Shown here in pieces: positions 23,493-35,814 of a stretch of DNA of 64,000 nt; position 1 is the stretch's first letter; each line of letters begins with the position of its first letter. Source of the stretch: Squalus acanthias (lineage: Eukaryota); NCBI GenBank assembly GCA_030390025.1, contig CM059431.1, positions 137,766,001 to 137,830,000 on the forward strand, written 5' to 3'. The translations under genes and the position numbers were made by a program. The notes beneath the pieces are model-generated. The model was not told where the DNA came from, ran no database searches, and saw nothing but the letters and a program-made list of their open reading frames with translations.

Positions 23493-24615
23493 TGCTTTTA
23501 CCAGGCGAAAGAATTGTAAAGGTTTTCTGCGGTAGGAAGATCACAAACACGCGGAACTATCCACCCGCAGAGGCCCTTCTCCAGGGCAGACGGAGGATCT
23601 GTCAAGAGCATTCTTGTCAGATCGGAAATGCCGCTTTTCAGCGCATGCGCTGTGCATGCATGAAACAGGCATTTCCGATGTCCCTTTGGGTGGGTACACA
23701 GCCTGTACACACCCGTAGGGATCGTAATATCTGGGCCACTAAAATAATTCAGTTAGTTAAAGCAGAAGTGACATATAAGAAACGTGTTAAGTTAAACGGT
23801 GTAAGAAAGACAGCATCAGGTCAAACGGTCAGGTTAGGATCTCTTTCCCAAATAAGAGTTTAATATATGAACGTATGGGTTATAAGAAAGAAAGTTAGCG
23901 AATTGGAGGTTCAAATGTGTCAAATCGATCAGAGTTTGCTGAAGATACAAAGCTAGGTGGGAAAGTAAGTTGTGAGCAGGATGCAAAGATGATGCAACGT
24001 GATATAGACAGGGTAAGTGAATGGGAAAGCACATGGCAGATGGAATATAATATGGACAAATTTGAGGTTATTTAATTTGGTAGGAAAAATAGAAAAACAG
24101 AATTTTTTAAATGGTGAAACATCGGGCCATGTTGGGATTCAGAGGGAACTGGGTGCCCTTGTACACTGCAAGTTAGCCTACAGTTGCAGCAAGCAATTTT
24201 GAAAGCAAATGGTATGTTAGCCTTTATTAAAAAAGGATTGGAATATAAGAGTAAATGGGCTAAAAATTCAGTCGCGCCCCATTTGGGGCGCACATATCGT
24301 CCGGGCGCAAAAATTAGCGCCTGGCGCTAATTATCGCCACTGACTGGAATCTTCACTTTTAACGCCCCTGGAGGTGATTGGAGCGCTAAATCAGGCGCTG
24401 CACACCTGTCTTAAAGCGCAAAGGCGGAGGAGTGAGGCGCTAACTCAGAGCGCGAGCGCAGCGCAGGTGCTGCCAGTTAGCGAGGGAACACAGACACACT
24501 GGCGCCGGCCACTAATTAAAGGGGGGGGGCGATCTTGCTCCCTAGCCAAACCCTGCTCATTTGCAGCCTTGAATCTCGGCCTGGAGAGACCTGTGAATCC
24601 AATTTCCAGCCAAAG

Positions 24616-26675
24616 ATGGAGAGGGTGAGAGAACGAGCTCAGCGCTTCACCGAGTGGGCCTTGGATGCTCTGGTTGGCGCGGTGGAGCGCCGAAGACCAA
24701 TACTGTACCCAGAGAGTGGCAGGAGGCCTTTGCCGCGCGACTAAAGAAGGGTGTGGAGGGAGGTGGCTCAGCGCGTCTCCTCCAGGAGCATGGTGCCCAG
24801 GACCCATGTCCAATGCCGGAAAAAGTTCAACAACCTCACTCGGGTCGTCAGGGTGAGTGGCTTTTTTGCAATACCTCTCCATCCCTCCATCTCAACCTCA
24901 CTCTATGGCCAGAGGGTCTTAAAACCACAATTAACAACACTCATCCAACACCTATGGCCCTTTCATGAAGCACACACACACATTCCATACTTTGCATACA
25001 GTAAGGGCTATTCACCTATGGGAGGCACATCAGGCAAGACCATGGCTGTATACAGTAAGGGCTATTCACCTATGGGAGGCACATCAGGCAAGACCATGGC
25101 TGTATACAGTAAGGGCTATTCACCTATGGGAGGCACATCAGGCAAGACCATGGCTGTATACAGTAAGGGCTATTCACCTATGGGAGGCACATCAGGCAAG
25201 AACATAGCTGTATACAGTAAGGGCTATTCACCTATGGGAGGCACATCAGGCAAGACCATGGCTGTATACAGTAAGGGCTATTCACCTATGGGAGGCACAT
25301 CAGGCAAGTCCATGGCTGTATACAGTAAGGGCTATTCACCTATGGGAGGCACATCAGGCAAGACCATGGCTGTATATTTACTCAGACGCCGTCCTTTTTC
25401 TTGCAGGCCAAGCTGGCGCATAATAGGAGACAGCAGCAACGGACGGGTGGAGGGCGGCCTCAGCTGCAACCCCTCAGCGATCTGGAGGAGCGCGTCCACA
25501 GGATTGTGGCAAGCCGGGTGATCGGTCCCATCGCCACTGGAGACGCCGACCCCGTTCTGGACAGCAATGGTAAGGCCATCACCTTTTTGTCCTCTGTCCT
25601 TCCACTTGTCCCTCACAACACCAGCCTTTGACACTTTCAATCCAACTTACTAACTTGCTGTACTTTTTCCTCCCTTACTGCCACCCTGTCCTCACGCTAA
25701 AGCCACTCTTGTACCTCCCTGCTTTCAGATGGTGATTCACCAGCTGAGGAGACGGGCCCTGAAGCTGCCAGTGGGAGTGAAGCTGCAGCCGAGGAGGAAG
25801 AGGAAGCCGGAGCATCAGTGCCTCCATCTCCCGAGGAAGCCCATGCCGACACTGGGAACACGCCTTCCCTGGAGGGGAGCAGGGGGGAAGGGTCTGATGA
25901 GGGTGAAGCTCCAGGACCCAGCGGGCTGCAGCAACGCGATGGGGGTAGGGAAGCTCGGGGGCCTTCTCCCCGGAGGGAGAGTATGCCAGCGAGTCCTGCT
26001 GCACTGGACGCAGAGGAGGAGCGGCTGATCGCGGAAATGAACACCCAGGCGGTGGGCATGCACACTGAGCTCATGGCTGCAGTGGGTAGGGTGCCCGAAT
26101 GCATTGAAGCACTGGCAAGGCGTGTGGAGCACGTCGCTGCAGCGCAGGCGGATGCGACACTGAAGCTCAGTGCTGCAATTCAATCTCAGACTGCTCTCAT
26201 GCAGACTCAGATTAAGGCCACGCGAGTACTGTCTGCTGCCATCCTCGCTGGTTCGTTCCTATTTCCCCGGGGCTCTCACCGCGCCGCAGCAGGCCAGCAA
26301 TCTGTGCTCCAGCAGATTGCTCCGGATGCTGAGGTGCTGCCCCGTGGGAGTGCCAGTGTGCCGGTCGAGCAGGGAGTTGCTGTCCTCGCTCAAGATGACA
26401 GCATTCCTGCTGCCACCACTGTCACTTCTCCACTGCAGTTGCCACCGCCTGTAGGACAGACTGCTGCCGCCCATGCAGAGTTGGTGCTGTCTGCAGCCGG
26501 GCCCTCCAGGCCCAGAGCTGGTCGATGCCGTCCCTCAAGGGCATCTGCATTGTCAGGGCCTGACAGTCAGCAGCCTTCCAAAAGCCTTGCTGCAGCCACT
26601 GAGGTCCCATTGCGGAGGAGCAGTAGGGTAAGAAGGGGGGAAGGGCGCACGGGAAGGAGTTCACCCTCGATGTAG
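24616..26675 (+). pseudogene. Harbinger Myb/SANT-like accessory gene; exons 24616-24852, 25407-25569, 25729-26675; in-frame TAA at 24742-24744
   Basis: MERVRERAQRFTEWALDALVGAVERRRPILY...WREVAQRVSSRSMVPRTHVQCRKKFNNL trihelix motif; canonical, phase-compatible GT-AG sites. Confidence 0.82.
24997..25376. repeat. 54 bp tandem repeat x7 in intron 1 of the Myb-like gene
   Basis: Unit tacagtaagggctattcacctatgggaggcacatcaggcaagaccatggctgta; copies nearly identical. Confidence 0.97.
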
Positions 26676-26985
26676 GAGGTGTGACAAAATGCTGGTCATT
26701 TTTTTATTAAAGGCCGAGGTTCGTGGTCAAACTTTTGTTGAGTGTTTTGCACATGATCTCCAGGTTGTGAGAACCAGTTATGGTAATGACTGTTTTTTTG
26801 TGTTTATTTTATGAGTTTGTCATGAAGAAATGACACACACAGAGTTTGTAAAATAAATAAGTTTTGGTACTCAAAATATACATGTTTGGTGTTTGGAATC
26901 AGTGGTGCCTTGGCCGGCTTAGGGGTTGCGTGTTGGGTTCATTCATGCTGTTCTCAATGGCAGAAGCCATTTCCACAGCAGGGGC

Positions 26986-28146
26986 CTAGAAGCGGCTTGC
27001 TATCAGCCGCTGACGGACGGCCCTTGCAGTTTCACCATTGTGGGCCGCCCTCACGCCTTGGTGCTGCTGCTGATCATCCTCCTCCTCCTCTTCCTCCTCT
27101 TCCTCCTCCTGCTCTGGTGGTGCTCCAAGGCCTGATGGCATTGGCTGGGTCCTGAGGATTGCCATGTTATGCAGCATGCAGCACACAACTACGATGCTGG
27201 AAACTCGCTCAGGCGAGTACTGCAGGGCGCCTCCAGAATGGTCGAGACAGCGGAACCGTTGCTTCAGCACGCCGATTGTGTGCTCCACGATGTTCCTGGT
27301 AGCTTGATGGCTCTCGTTGTACCGCAGCTCAGCAGGGGTGTTGGGCGTACGGAGCGGTGTCATCAGCCAGGTGCACAGTGGATACCCCTTGTCCCCGAGA
27401 AGCCAACCAACTGGCTGATGCGGTGCCTCGAAAAGTTCTGCCACAGTAGTCTGGCGCAGGATGAAAGCATCGTGGCAGCTGCCAGGATAGTGGGCATTGA
27501 CAGCGAGTATCAGCTGTCTGTGGTCACAGACCAACTGAACATTCAAGGAATGGAACCCCTTTCTGTTCTGGAAATCCTCGGCATTCTCATGTGGAGCACG
27601 CAAAGCCACATGCGTGCAGTCAATGGCGCCCTGCAGAATGGGGAAGCCCGCTATCCTCGCAAAGCCCAGAGCGCGTTCTTGCTGCTTGTCTGGGGTCATG
27701 GGGAAAGAGATGAACTCTCGTCTCCTTTTAAAGAGGGCATTTGTGACATTCCTGATGCAGCAGTGCACCGCGAACTGGGAGATATTGGCGATGCCCCCAA
27801 CAGCAGATTGAAATGAGCCAGTAGCATAAAAGTTCAGAGCCACTGTGACCTTCACTGCCACCGACAGAGACGTCCTGGACCTCAGCTGAGGCTGCAGATC
27901 TGGCTGCAGCAGGTGGCAGAGCTCAGTGACCACCTCCTTGCTGAAGCGCAGCCTTCGCAGACACTGCTCCTCAGACATATGAATGTAGGAGAGCTGTTCA
28001 AGAAATACCCTGGGAGGGTAAGCTCTCCTGTACAGACGCCTGTTGGCCCTCCTCTGTCTGGCCATCATTGCCACTCTCTCTCTGCGTCTCTGTGTCCACC
28101 GATTCAGCTGGCGCAGGACGACGCCCCCCATCAGTGCAGCCCCCAT
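26986..28146 (-). CDS. Harbinger (HARBI1-like) DDE transposase, open 386 aa ORF
   Basis: GAIDCTHV, NRKGFHSLNVQLVCD, YPGSCHDAFIL, LLGDKGYP, RNIVEHTIGVLKQRF; acidic C-terminal tail; first ATG at 28146. Confidence 0.92.
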   Translation of the reverse strand: MGAALMGGVVLRQLNRWTQRRRERVAMMARQRRANRRLYRRAYPPRVFLEQLSYIHMSEEQCLRRLRFSKEVVTELCHLLQPDLQPQLRSRTSLSVAVKVTVALNFYATGSFQSAVGGIANISQFAVHCCIRNVTNALFKRRREFISFPMTPDKQQERALGFARIAGFPILQGAIDCTHVALRAPHENAEDFQNRKGFHSLNVQLVCDHRQLILAVNAHYPGSCHDAFILRQTTVAELFEAPHQPVGWLLGDKGYPLCTWLMTPLRTPNTPAELRYNESHQATRNIVEHTIGVLKQRFRCLDHSGGALQYSPERVSSIVVVCCMLHNMAILRTQPMPSGLGAPPEQEEEEEEEEEEDDQQQHQGVRAAHNGETARAVRQRLIASRF

Positions 28147-29332
28147 ATCTCTAAGCAAGCAAAGTTATGAAGGCCAGAAACTAAAGTACCAGCGAAGTTA
28201 GGATGAGTAGCCAAAACTACCTGACACAGCGTTGACTCAATGCAGAAGTCTCTCTTTCTCTCTCTCCGAATCTCTCTCTCTCTCTCAGAACGAGTGGTGC
28301 AAAAATGTCCACCACAGAGAAAGACAGGAAGAGGCCCCCTTTAAATAGCGCCCCCCCCCAGCCCCACAGCGAATGATAACGTTCCACTCTACCGGTCGTT
28401 GGATGCGCCAGGCGGTAAGGATGGGGGCGCCACTGAAATTCTGCTCCGGGGCGCCACAAGGGCGTTGCACTCTCGTATGATGTCACAATCTGCGCGCGCA
28501 AGAGATCGCGGCGATAAAGTTTAGCACGCCGCTAAATGTCCAGTTAAGTTCCTGAGCGGCGCAAACATCGCTGCGCTCGGGCGCTAGCTGCTTTGTGCCC
28601 CATTAGCGCCCTCTTAAGGCGCTAACAGGAGGCGCAACCAACTGAATTTTTCCCCCAATAAGTCTTAATGCAATTATATGAGTCCTTGGAGAGACCAGTC
28701 TGTGTAAATTTTAATCTCCTTATCTAAGAAAGGATATACTTGTCAAGAGGGAGTGCAACGAATGTCCAACAGACTGATTGCTTGGGACGAGGGGATTGTC
28801 CTATGAGAAGAGATTGTGCAGACTAGGCCTATATTCCCTATAATTTAGAAGAATTGAGGTGATTTAATTGAAGCATTTAAAATTCTTACAGTGCTTGATA
28901 GGGTAGATGATGGGAGGAGGTTTCCTCTGGCTGGGGAGTATAAAACCAGGGACAGAGTCTCAGAATAACGGGTCGTTCATTTCGGATTGAGATGAGTAGA
29001 AATTTCTTCACTCAGACGGCGGTGCTTCTTTGGAATTCTCTACCCCAGAGGGCTGTGAAGGCTCAGTCGTTGAGTATATTCAAGACAGAGGTCGATAAAT
29101 ATTTGGGAAGGAAGGGAATTTAAGGGATTATGTGGACAGTGCGGGAAAGTGGAGTTGAGGTAACAGATCAGCTCTGATCTTATTGAACGGCAGAGCCGGC
29201 TCTTAGGGACGAATGGCCTATTCCTACTCCTATTTCTTATATTCTTAAATACAGCTTAGAGGGTACGACATGTTGGCCATTACTGGGACATGCTTTATTC
29301 TGGTCATGTTCGGGAGTTAAAAATTCCAGGTT

Positions 29333-30970
29333 ATAAGAACATAAGAATATAACAAATAGGAGCAGGGGTAGGCCATTTGGCCCCTCGAGCCTGCTCTGCC
29401 ATTCAATAAGATCATGGCTTATCAGAACTAGACCTCAACTCCACTTTCCTGCCCGCTCCCCATAACCGTTGACTCCCCTATAGTTCAAAAATCTGTCTAT
29501 CTCCAACTTAAATATATTCAATGACACAGCTTCCACAGCACTCTGGGGTAGAGAATTACAAAGATTCAAGACCTTCCGAGGGAATAAATTTCTCCTCGTC
29601 TCCGTTTAAAATGGGCAAGCCCTTATTTTGAAACTAGGCCGCCTAGTTCTAGATTCCCCCATGAGGGGAAACATCCTCTCTGTATCTAAACTGTCAAGTC
29701 CCCTCAGAATCTTACATGTTTCAATAAGACCACCTCTCATTCTTCTGAACTCCAATGAGTATAGGCCAAACCTGCTCAAACTTTCTTCATAAGACACCCC
29801 CCTCATCTCAGGAATCAATCTAGTTAACCTTCTATGAACTGCCTCCAATGCAAGCATATCCTTCCTTAAATAAGGAGACCAAAACTGTACGCAGTACTCC
29901 AGGTGTGGTCTCACCAACGCCCTGTAGAACTGTAGCAAGACTTACCTACTTTTATACACCATCCCCTTGCAATAAAGGCCAACATTCCATTCCAATGAAT
30001 TGTTGTAACTGCATGCTAACTTTTCGTGTTTCATGTACAAAGACCCCCAGATCCCTCTTTACCGCAGCATTTTGTAGTCTCTCTCTCCCTTTTAATAATA
30101 ATTTGTATTTTTTATTTTCCTACCAAAGTGGATAACCTCACATTTTCTCACATTATACTCCTTCTGCCAAATGTTTGCCCACTCACTTAACCGATCTGTA
30201 TCCCCTTGCAGATTCTTTGTGTCCTCCACACAGCTTGCTTTCCCACCTATCTTAGTATCATCAGCAAATATGGCTGCATTACACTCGGTCCCTTCATCAA
30301 AGTCATTAATATAGATTGTAAATAGTTGAGGCCCCAGCACTGATCCCTGTGGCACCCTACTAGTTACAGTTTGCCAACCTAAAAATTCCCCATTTTTCCC
30401 GACTTTTCTGTTGCCTGTTAGTTAGCCAATCCTCTAACTATGGTAATATATTACCCCCAACCCCGTGAGCTCTTAACTTGGGCAGTAACCTTTTATGTGG
30501 CACCTTATCGAATGCCTTCTGGAAATCCAAATACTACACATCTGCTGGTTCCCCTTTAACCACACTGCTCGTTACATCCTCAAAGAACTCTAGCAAATTT
30601 GTCAAACATGATTTCGCTTTCATAAAACCCTGCTGAATCTGTTTGATTGTATTAAGATTTTCAAAATGTCCTGCTGCTAATATCTTAATAATGGACTCCA
30701 GCATATTCCCACTGACAGATGATAGGCTAACTGGTCTATAGTTTCCTGCTTTCTGTCTCCCTCCTTTCCTGAATAGTTGCTTTACATTTGCGGTTTTCCA
30801 ATACGTTAGGACCTCTCCAGAGTACAGGGAATTTTGGTGGATTACAAACAATGCATCCACTATCTCTGCAGCCAAATATTTTAAGACCCTAGGATGCTGG
30901 CCATCAGGTACAGGAGACTTGTTCATCGTTAGTCCCATTAGTTTGCCTAGTACTTTTTCTCCAGTTATAG
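29333..30970 (-). mobile_element. CR1 LINE, 5'-truncated
   Basis: RT fragments (PQGSVLGPQLF, FADD, RPHLEYCVQFWSP); tail ttcttatgttcttat. Confidence 0.9.
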
Positions 30971-30974
30971 TGTT

Positions 30975-33900
30975 CTGTAGAACGGATCGGGAAACTGTAA
31001 GAGGAGGAGTGACAGCCTCAATGATTAAAGGTATATTACAGCATTAGTGAGAGAGGATATAGTTAAGGTAAAGTAATCCGCTGGGATTCTGTGTTGGAAA
31101 TTTAGGAATAAGCAAGTACTTAAAACTTTAACGGGAGTTGTCTACAGGCTTCCCGATAGCAGCAATGAAGATACTGCATGTGTAACTTCAGAGATTAGAG
31201 CGGATTGCAGCAAAAGCAGGGTTGTGTTAATTGGAGACTTTAATTTTCAGCTAATATGGGAAGAGCAGAGTAGCTCAAGTCGGAAAAGTAGTGAATATAT
31301 TGATTACATTCAAGATAGTTTTCTGGAACAATATGTTGAAGAACCAACAAGATTTAATACATTTAGTAATAAACAATGATCCAGTCTTAGTTAATAATAT
31401 AACAGTAAGAGAACTATCATCTAACAGTAAGCATAATATGATCGAATGCAATGCTCGGTTTTAAAGGAGAACCGCAACACAATTTTAAGAATCTCCATTT
31501 TGGTAACATGAACGGGAAGAAACAGAGACTGACGACAGCAATTTGGTTAAAATTGTTATCGAGTAAGACTACAGATGAAAAGTGGGAGGTGTTCAGAAAA
31601 TAATTTAGCTTAATACAAGACCAGTGTATACCCCTAAAGGGCAAGAGCTTTACATACCAATTAAAACGGAAATGGTCGACATAGAGTTGAGAGATAAATA
31701 AAATTATAGGAAATAGAGTGAAACCTTGCAAAGAATAGTGTAGATCCAGAGGGGGAGGTGCCTGATGATTGGAAAGTAAAGTGGCAAAAGTGATACCATT
31801 GTTCAAGAAAAGATGTAAGGACAATCCAAGTAACTACAGGCCTGTCAGTTTAACTTCACCGGTGGACAAAGTTTTAGAACTAATAATCAAGGAAAAAATT
31901 AACGGGCACTTGGAGAGGTTTAAGCTAATTAAGAGAGCAAACACGAATGTGTAAAAGGCAGATCGTGTTTCACCAATCTAAGTGAATTTTTTGATGAATT
32001 AACAGAGAGGATTGATGAAGGGAATGCAATGGATGTTGTCTACATGGATTTTCGGAAGGCGTTTGACAAAGTACCAAATAGAAGGCTGGTTCACAAAATT
32101 GAGGCTCGTGGAATAGATGGGTCAATAGCAGCTTCGATAGGGAATTGGCTGAATGACATAAAACAGCGAGTTGTGGTAAATGGCTGTTTTTCAGACTGGA
32201 GAATGTTAGACCGTGGTGTTCCCCAAGGGTCAGTGCTGGAGCCACTGTTTTTTTTATATAAATATAAATGACCTGGATATTGGAATTCAGAGTAGAATTT
32301 CTAAATTTGCCGATGACACCAAACTTGGGCATGTGGCAAACAGTGATGATGATATCAATCGACTGCAACAGGACAGAGAAAGGCTAGCAGAATTGGCAGA
32401 CAAGTGGCAGATGGAATTTAATACAGAGAAGTGTGAGGTGATGCATTTTGGCAGAAGGAACAGGGAGAGGCGATATACACTTAATGGCACAGTTTTAAAG
32501 AGAGTGCAGGGAGAGAGGTACCGGGGAGTTAATGTGCATATGTCCCTGAAGGTGGAGAGACATATTGAGAGAGTGGTTAGGAAAGCATATGGGATCTTGG
32601 GCTTCATAAATAGAGGTATTGAGTTCAAAAGAAGACTAGTTATGCTGAACCTTTATGAAGTGCTGGTTAGGCTACAACTCGAGTATTGCGTGCAGTTCTG
32701 GTCACCACACTTTAGGAAGGACGTGAAGGCACTTGAGAGGGTGCAGAGGAGATTTACCAGAATGGTTCCTGGGATGGGGATCTTAGCTACAAGGACAGGT
32801 TGGAGAAGCTGGATTTGTTTTCATTGGAGCAAAGGCGTTTGCGGGGTGATTTGATAGAGTTGTACAAGGTTATGACGGGTTTGATAGGCTGGACGGGGAA
32901 AGGCTTTTCCCACTAGTTGATGGAAAAAGGACGAGGGGACACTGAATTAAGTTTTTGTGCAAGAGATACAGGAGGGATGTGAGGAAAAACTTTTTTACGC
33001 AGCGAGTGGTGATGACCTGGATCTCGCTGCCGACGGAAGTGGTGGAAGCGGAGAAACTCATTGTTTTCAAGAGGAGACTGGATAGGCACTTGAGGGAAAC
33101 AAACCTGCAGGGCTCTGGGTGTGGAGCTGGGGAATGGGACTGACTGGATTGCTATACAGAGAGCCGGCACGGACTCGATCGGCCTCCTTCTGTGCCATTA
33201 TGATTCTACAACAACAAAGGAAGATAAAAAATGATAGTAAGAGCTGCAAAAAGGAGTACAAAAAGAAACTTGTGCGGGTTATCAAGATTAACACGAAACG
33301 TTTTTACAATTATATTGGAAGAAAAATACATAGTCAAGGGTAATGAGTTTCATTTAGAATTGTATCTGGGTAATATTGCGAATGCAAATAAGAAATAAGC
33401 AGATTGTTGAATTATTAATATGTGTCTGTCTTCACAGTAGGGGAAACGGATAATGTGCCTAACATTACAGCGAAACTAACAGTGAATCAAGGACTGGAAC
33501 TCACTAAAGTTAACATAAGCAAGAAAACAATATTAGAAAAAATAATGGCACTAAAGTCTAAGAAGTCCTCAGGATCTGAAGATTCCCAGCCAGAGCTTTA
33601 AAGGAATAGGTGAGTAAATTGCAGGTGTGTTGGCCATAATCTTCCAAAGCAATCGCGCTTCAGTAATTATCACTTTAGGTTGGAAAATTATAACTGTAAC
33701 TCTAGTATTTTAAAAACTTATGAGAAATGGAATTGGGGATAATATACTTGCATGGATTGAGAATTGGTTAACAGACAGAAAAAAAAGAGTAGGGATAAAC
33801 GGGTCTTTTTCAGGATGGCAGGCTGTGACAAGTGGGGTACCGCAGGGATGAGGGATGTATATCGATGATTTGGATGAGGGGACTAAATGTAACATTTCCA

Positions 33901-34829
33901 AATTTGCTGATGATACAAAGCTAGGTGGCAGTGTCAGTTGTGAAGAGGATGTGAAGAGACTTCAAGAGGATCTCCAACGGCTCAATGAGTGGGCGAGAAC
34001 ATGGCAGATGGAATATTATGTGGATAAATGTGAAATTATCCACTTTGGTAGAAAAAACAGAAAGGCAGAGTATTTCCTAAATGGTGAAAGATTGGGGAAT
34101 GCAGATGCTCAAAGGAACCTGGGTGTCCTTGTACATGAGTCACTGAAAGTGAATGTGCAGGTGCAGCAAGCCATCAGGAAGGCAAATGGTATGCTGGCCT
34201 TCATTACAAGAGGATGTGAGAACAGGAGTAAAGAAGTCTTACTCCAATTATACAGGCCTTGGTGAGACCACAACTGGAGTACTGTGTACAATGTTGATCT
34301 CCTTACCTTAAGGAAGGATATACTTACCTTAGAGGGAGTGCAACGAAGGTTCACGAGATTGATTCCTGGGATGGTGGGACTGTTGTATGAGAAGAGATTG
34401 AGTAAATTAGGCCTTTATTCTCTTGAATTCAGAAGAATGAGAGGGGTTCTCATTGAAGCAAGCACAGTTATTACAGGGCTTGATAGGGTGGATGCTGGGA
34501 GAATGTTGCCCTTGACTGGGGCGTCGAGATCCAGGGCCTACAACCTCAGGATAAAGGGTAGGCCATTCAGGACTGAGATGAGAAGACATTTCCTTACACA
34601 GAGGGTGGTGAATCTTTGGAATTCTCTACCCCAGAGCGCTGTGGAGGCTCAGTAATTGGGTATATTCAAAACAGAAGTCGATAGATTTCTGACTAGTAAG
34701 GGCATCAAGGGATATGGCGATGGGGCCGGTGAATGGAGTGAGGCAGAAGATCAGCCATGATCTCATTGAATGGCGGAGCAGGCTCGAAGGACCGAATGGC
34801 CTACTCCTGCTCCTATTTCTTACGTTATT
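30975..34829 (+). mobile_element. Nested CR1 LINEs: an old copy interrupted by younger 3' fragments at about 31770-33210 and 33720-34829
   Basis: Repeated RT C-terminal ORF pieces (KFADDTKLG, LEYCVQFWSP), each ending in a CR1 3' UTR. Confidence 0.85.
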
Positions 34830-35794
34830 GGCCCAGAAATTAGACTTCGATGGTTGCCGCGGGGGTAAGGATCGTGCGCGATCTTACCTACCACGCCTGC
34901 CTTTATGGTTCGGGCCCACACGAACTTCGGTTCCTGGGCCTTTCCCTGGTGCCGGCGAGCAGTGTGTGCGTGTCCCAGAGGCGCAGTTAGTTTGGTGCGA
35001 CCTCTGGGATCACGTGGGCCAGTTAGAGCCAATGGCAGCACACCATCTTTAATTCATAGTTTTGACAGGAGAACTGTCAAAACTATGAATACAACTTGCC
35101 CCCAAAAGAACAGCTAAACCTCAATTAAATTTTAAAAAAAACCATCACATTAATAAAATAACTATAGTTAAATTAATTAACCACTTTAAACAAAAATTTA
35201 AATTTTTGAAAAAATTTAAATTCTTTTTAAAAGTGATAAAAATAAAGTTACCTTTCTTTAAAGTCTCTAAAAAAGATAAACCTGTTGAAAAAAAATTAAA
35301 ATAATACATCTTCATCTCCCCCTTTGTTCCTTTATCCCCTCCCCCTTTTCCCAGCTTTACCCTGACCTTAAATCTATTTGATTTCCGGCTCTTCCCTGTT
35401 CTGATGAAAGGTCATCGACCTGAAACGTTAACTCTCTTTCTCTCTCCACGGATGCTGCCTGGCCTGCTGAGTTTTTCCAGCGTTTTCTGTTGTTATTTAA
35501 AATAATACATAATTAACTACTTACCTTGTTAAAAGGGGGTCTTATGCCTCCTTTTTTCATGTGTAAAATCTTCCATACTTACCCTCGCGTTCAAACCTGA
35601 AAAATAACCTAAGTGTGCTGCATGCGCACAGCCTGTAGTGCGCACGCAGTTCACTTAGGAACCGCCCCCTTCGCAATATCGGAAGTGCCGGTTTCCCGCG
35701 CATGCGCAGTGTATGCAGGAAACCGGCACTTCGGGACCGAATACCGGTGAGTACACAGTGCGTACTCTCCCGTATTCAGCCGAATTTCTGGGCC
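34830..35794. mobile_element. ~750 bp MITE family copy containing a Penelope-derived insert (35310-35496)
   Basis: Perfect 12 bp TIRs ggcccagaaatt / aatttctgggcc; the insert is flanked by the 14 bp direct repeat ttaaaataatacat. Confidence 0.8.
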
Positions 35795-35814
35795 AATATG
35801 TTCTTATGTTCTTA

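Larger units (their letters stand above)
24257..28656. mobile_element. Full-architecture PIF/Harbinger DNA transposon, 4400 bp
   Basis: 16 bp TIRs gggctaaaaattcagt / actgaatttttccccc (14/16); 3 bp TSD AAT; convergent Myb/SANT-like and DDE transposase genes. Confidence 0.93.
23920..29250 (+). mobile_element. CR1 3' fragment split by the Harbinger insertion (23920-24256 and 28657-29250)
   Basis: gagtaaat|...|aataagtctta rejoins to the CR1 sequence seen intact at 34226 (gagtaaagaagtctta). Confidence 0.8.

Noticed and set aside
24751..25521. 256 aa ORF as a real protein
   Set aside because: It starts just after the premature stop in Myb exon 1 and reads through a strong donor (gtgagt) and an intronic repeat.
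26986..28146. Domesticated host gene HARBI1
   Set aside because: It lies inside TIRs and a TSD with a partner Myb-like gene, inserted in a CR1, so it is a transposon transposase.
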